A stretch of 39,635 bases of DNA from Parafilimonas sp. (GTDB taxonomy: Bacteria; Bacteroidota; Bacteroidia; Chitinophagales; Chitinophagaceae): contig JAICKT010000001.1 of NCBI GenBank assembly GCA_025927795.1, forward strand, positions 1-39,635, in the 5' to 3' direction. Position numbers and translations under genes: made by a program. The notes beneath the pieces are model-generated. The model saw only the letters and a list, made by a program, of their open reading frames with translations. It was not told the origin of the DNA and made no database searches. Positions 36,628 through 39,635 of the stretch are shown here, in pieces (the first letter of the stretch is position 1; each line of letters begins with the position of its first letter).

Positions 36628-38994
36628 ATGCAACGTAAAGATGCGCCAGGCGCACCCGGTGTTAAAGCGAATTGGACAGCAGCTGCAAAAGATGGAGAAG
36701 GTAAAGCATTAAGCGCAAACTCTTCGGTAAGCTTTACAATTGGTGATGGCGTATTAAACGAAATTTATTTTCCAAGAGAAGATGTTGCCTGTGTAAAAGA
36801 CATGGAATTTATTGTAACGGATGGTGAAAATTTTTTTTCGGAGGAAAAGCGCAACACACAGCATAGCATAAAAACAATAAAACCAGGCGTGCCGCTGTAT
36901 CAAATCGTTAATACATGCGTCAATAAAAAATATCAAATTAAAAAAGAAATTCTTTGCGACCCGCTCAGGCAAACTGTTCTTCAAAACATTACTTTCAGCA
37001 AAGCAAAAAATGTAAAAAAACTTGACGTGTATGCGTTGCTCTCGCCGCATTTAAATGATAAAGGCGATAATAATTCCGGCTGGATTGGTGAGTATAAAGG
37101 CATACCTATGTTGTTTGCGCAAAACGAAGGTTTATATCTTGCTATGGCTTGCTCTGCAAAATGGCTTAAACGTTCGGTAGGATTTACAGGTGCATCTGAT
37201 GGCTGGAAGGATTTGCATCAACATAAAAAAATGGAGTGGCAATACACACATGCAAACAATGGCAACATTGCATTAACGGGTGAAATAGATATATCATCAA
37301 CAAATATTTTTTTGCTCGCAATAAGTTTTGGAAGAAATCCTGCAGAAGCTGCAAACCATGCGGTTGCAAGTATGCTGGATGGTTTTGAAAGCGCAAAAAA
37401 ATTTTACATAAAAAGCTGGCAGGTATGGTTAAAAGGATTGCATAATCTGAAAGGAAAAATTTTTAAAGAGAGTGCGAGTGTATTGCGTGTGAATGAAGCA
37501 AAATCTTTTCCCGGAGGAATTATTGCGAGTTCATCAATACCCTGGGGCAAGATAAAAGGTGATGATGAAAATGCAGGTTATCATGTAATATGGCCAAGAG
37601 ATTTGGTTGAATCAGCAGGAGGTTTTCTTGCACTAAAAACGTATGATGATGCACTGCGTGTTTTAAATTATTTAATCAGCACACAAGAAGATGATGGAAG
37701 CTGGCTGCAAAATATGTGGCTTGAAGGAACGCCGCATTGGAAGGGAATACAATTGGATCAAACTGCACTTCCGCTTTTATTAATTGAAAAATGTTACGCC
37801 TGTAAAATAATTGACAAAAAAAGAATGAGCAGGTATTGGCCTGCTATAAAAAATGCCATCGGTTATTTACTTATTAACGGACCGTACACGCAAGAAGACA
37901 GGTGGGAAAGAGATAAAGGTTATACAGCTTTTACACTTGCTGTCGAAATTGCAGCACTACTGGCGGCTGCAGATATTGCAGAAGAAAATAATGAAAAAGA
38001 TTTGGCAATATATTGCAGGGAAATTGCTGATTACTGGAATGATAATATTGAAAACTGGATATATGCAACCGGCACTTCGCTGGCGAAAAAATATAATGTA
38101 GATGGATATTATTTTCGCATCAATCCTTATACAGATATTCCGGCTTCACAATTAAAAGACAAATATATTCATCTCACTAACCGCGATAAAGAAGATGGGA
38201 GAGTGTTAGTGAATGAAGTGATTTGTGTTGATGTACTTGCATTGGTTAGATTTGGTTTACGCGCACCCGATGATCCCAAAATTTTAAACACAATTAAGCT
38301 GATTGATGCAACACTTAAAGTAGAAACACCTTTCGGCGATTGCTGGCATCGTTATACAAAAGATGGATATGGTGAAGATGAACATGGAAATCCTTACAAC
38401 GGCAAAGGTATTGGACGTGCATGGCCTTTGCTTACGGGCGAAAGAGCGCATTATGAAATTGCTGCCGGAAATTTAAATGAAGCGAAAAAATTAATGAAGG
38501 CAATGGAAGCATTTGCCAATAACGGTTTATTGCCGGAGCAGGTTTGGGATACAGATGATATACCCGAAAAAAAATTATTTTTTGGCAGACCTTCCGGTTC
38601 TGCAATGCCATTAACATGGGCACATGCAGAATACATAAAGCTTTGCGCATCTGTAAAAGAGAAAAAAGTTTTTGATATGCCGCATCAAACACAGGAGCGT
38701 TACATAAAACAAAAAACTTCTGCTATCTTTGAGCCCTGGCGTTTTGAAAATCAGCGAAAAACTATATCATCAAAAAAAGCTCTGCGCATAGAAATAATGG
38801 AAGATGCCATAGTACATTGGACGCAGGATAACTGGAAAACAACATATCAAACCCGCACAAAAGATACAGGTATCAATATTTTTGTTGCTGATATATCTAC
38901 ACAAAATACAAAAGGCAGTAAAATAGAATTTACTTTTTTCTGGATAAAACCCAATCGCTGGGAAAATAAAAATTTCGCTGTTGCAATAGAGTAG
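36628..38994 (+). CDS. Glycoside hydrolase family 15 (bacterial glucoamylase/glucodextranase-like)
   Basis: N-terminal APG-PG...W...K-G-G; IAS-SIPWG, YH--WPRD, QLDQ, RWE, RY--DGYG, GRAWPLLTGER, LPEQVW, PLTWAHAEY. Confidence 0.9.
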   Translation: MQRKDAPGAPGVKANWTAAAKDGEGKALSANSSVSFTIGDGVLNEIYFPREDVACVKDMEFIVTDGENFFSEEKRNTQHSIKTIKPGVPLYQIVNTCVNKKYQIKKEILCDPLRQTVLQNITFSKAKNVKKLDVYALLSPHLNDKGDNNSGWIGEYKGIPMLFAQNEGLYLAMACSAKWLKRSVGFTGASDGWKDLHQHKKMEWQYTHANNGNIALTGEIDISSTNIFLLAISFGRNPAEAANHAVASMLDGFESAKKFYIKSWQVWLKGLHNLKGKIFKESASVLRVNEAKSFPGGIIASSSIPWGKIKGDDENAGYHVIWPRDLVESAGGFLALKTYDDALRVLNYLISTQEDDGSWLQNMWLEGTPHWKGIQLDQTALPLLLIEKCYACKIIDKKRMSRYWPAIKNAIGYLLINGPYTQEDRWERDKGYTAFTLAVEIAALLAAADIAEENNEKDLAIYCREIADYWNDNIENWIYATGTSLAKKYNVDGYYFRINPYTDIPASQLKDKYIHLTNRDKEDGRVLVNEVICVDVLALVRFGLRAPDDPKILNTIKLIDATLKVETPFGDCWHRYTKDGYGEDEHGNPYNGKGIGRAWPLLTGERAHYEIAAGNLNEAKKLMKAMEAFANNGLLPEQVWDTDDIPEKKLFFGRPSGSAMPLTWAHAEYIKLCASVKEKKVFDMPHQTQERYIKQKTSAIFEPWRFENQRKTISSKKALRIEIMEDAIVHWTQDNWKTTYQTRTKDTGINIFVADISTQNTKGSKIEFTFFWIKPNRWENKNFAVAIE

Positions 38995-39020
38995 TTCTTT
39001 GATTAAATCATTTTTAAAAT

Positions 39021-39049
39021 AACCACCTGTTTAAGCAGGTTTGGTTTTT
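39021..39049 (+). terminator. Possible terminator after GH15
   Basis: ACCTGT-TTAA-GCAGGT hairpin followed by TTGGTTTTT. Confidence 0.45.
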
Positions 39050-39081
39050 GATAATTAAACATTAATAATAAATTTATTTTT

Positions 39082-39501
39082 ATGAGACGACCTGAAAATG
39101 TTCCGCTGTTTACAAAAGCTTTATTATCCTGTGTTCTTACAGGATTTGCTGCTTCAATTGCAAACGGATTGTATAGTATCTTGTTCAGAGGCATTACACA
39201 TTACATGCCTGCTATAGAATTTAATTTTCTTTCCATTCCTTTAACAACGATGGTTGTATTTATAGTTTTAGGTGTACTATTTTTTGTGTTTGTTAAATAT
39301 TTCAACAGAACGGCATTTTATATTACCCTGTTTATTTTGATGGTTGCATTTATTGCTATTACTACTTTATTGCATTCTGATAAAAGTGAAGCTCCGCTTT
39401 ATGGCAATCACGGTTTAATTGCAGGTTTTGTACTTATAAACGGCATTCTTGGGTTAACACTCTTGCCTTATTTATATAATCATCCAAGAAAATTTATATA
39501 A
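39082..39501 (+). CDS. Hypothetical 4-TM membrane protein
   Basis: 139 aa ORF with four hydrophobic segments. Confidence 0.7.
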   Translation: MRRPENVPLFTKALLSCVLTGFAASIANGLYSILFRGITHYMPAIEFNFLSIPLTTMVVFIVLGVLFFVFVKYFNRTAFYITLFILMVAFIAITTLLHSDKSEAPLYGNHGLIAGFVLINGILGLTLLPYLYNHPRKFI

Positions 39502-39524
39502 GTTTTCTAACCTAAATACCCTTT

Positions 39525-39635
39525 ATGATTTCAATGATTGTTTTTGCCTTTGTAGGATTTATGATTTTGGTTTTTATTATTGCCTGGCTGGTACATAGAA
39601 AAAAATTAAGAGATAAAGCAGCCAATAAGCAATAA
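39525..39635 (+). CDS. Small single-pass membrane protein, 36 aa (not in ORF track)
   Basis: MISMIVFAFVGFMILVFIIAWLVHRKKLRDKAANKQ*; TM helix plus basic tail. Confidence 0.5.
   Translation: MISMIVFAFVGFMILVFIIAWLVHRKKLRDKAANKQ

Noticed and set aside
1504-38692. Numerous short antisense or nested ORFs in the track
   Set aside because: Shadows of well-supported genes, with no recognisable motifs

Overview
AT-rich chromosomal window from a Bacteroidetes genome, probably Chitinophagaceae-like (inferred from TAnnTTTG -7 promoters, type IX secretion cargo with type A and type B C-terminal sorting domains, and Bacteroidetes-type CcmD/HisB-N). The left ~27 kb is mostly housekeeping: partial glutamate dehydrogenase, ccmB/C/D, pdhA-TPR-ribH-lutA-like-Smr, kup with a KdpE/short KdpD-like pair, aconitase, PspC plus two AraC regulators, kdsA, tRNA-Thr(CGT), two T9SS proteins, a PIG-L deacetylase, bioA, a stand-alone HisB-N and an ECF sigma/anti-sigma pair. 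The right ~12 kb is a co-oriented accessory cluster: TPP enzyme, mandelate-racemase-like enzyme, FAD/Fe-S oxidoreductase, membrane protein, SDR, PPC protein and GH15 glucoamylase. It is preceded by a sigma54-like -24/-12 motif, interrupted by a DUF433/PIN toxin-antitoxin pair, and carries two inverted 79-bp CGTC-ended palindromic repeats. The most notable signals are: (1) a KdpD-lite/KdpE/Kup module whose two promoters share an identically spaced four-half-site KdpE-like operator; (2) the uncharacterised oxidative sugar/stress cluster; (3) phased 7-bp tandem arrays, including a 13-unit in-frame insertion in bioA; (4) several apparently leaderless genes. No integrase, transposase, CRISPR array or rRNA was seen. 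All calls come from motif reading, not database searches.
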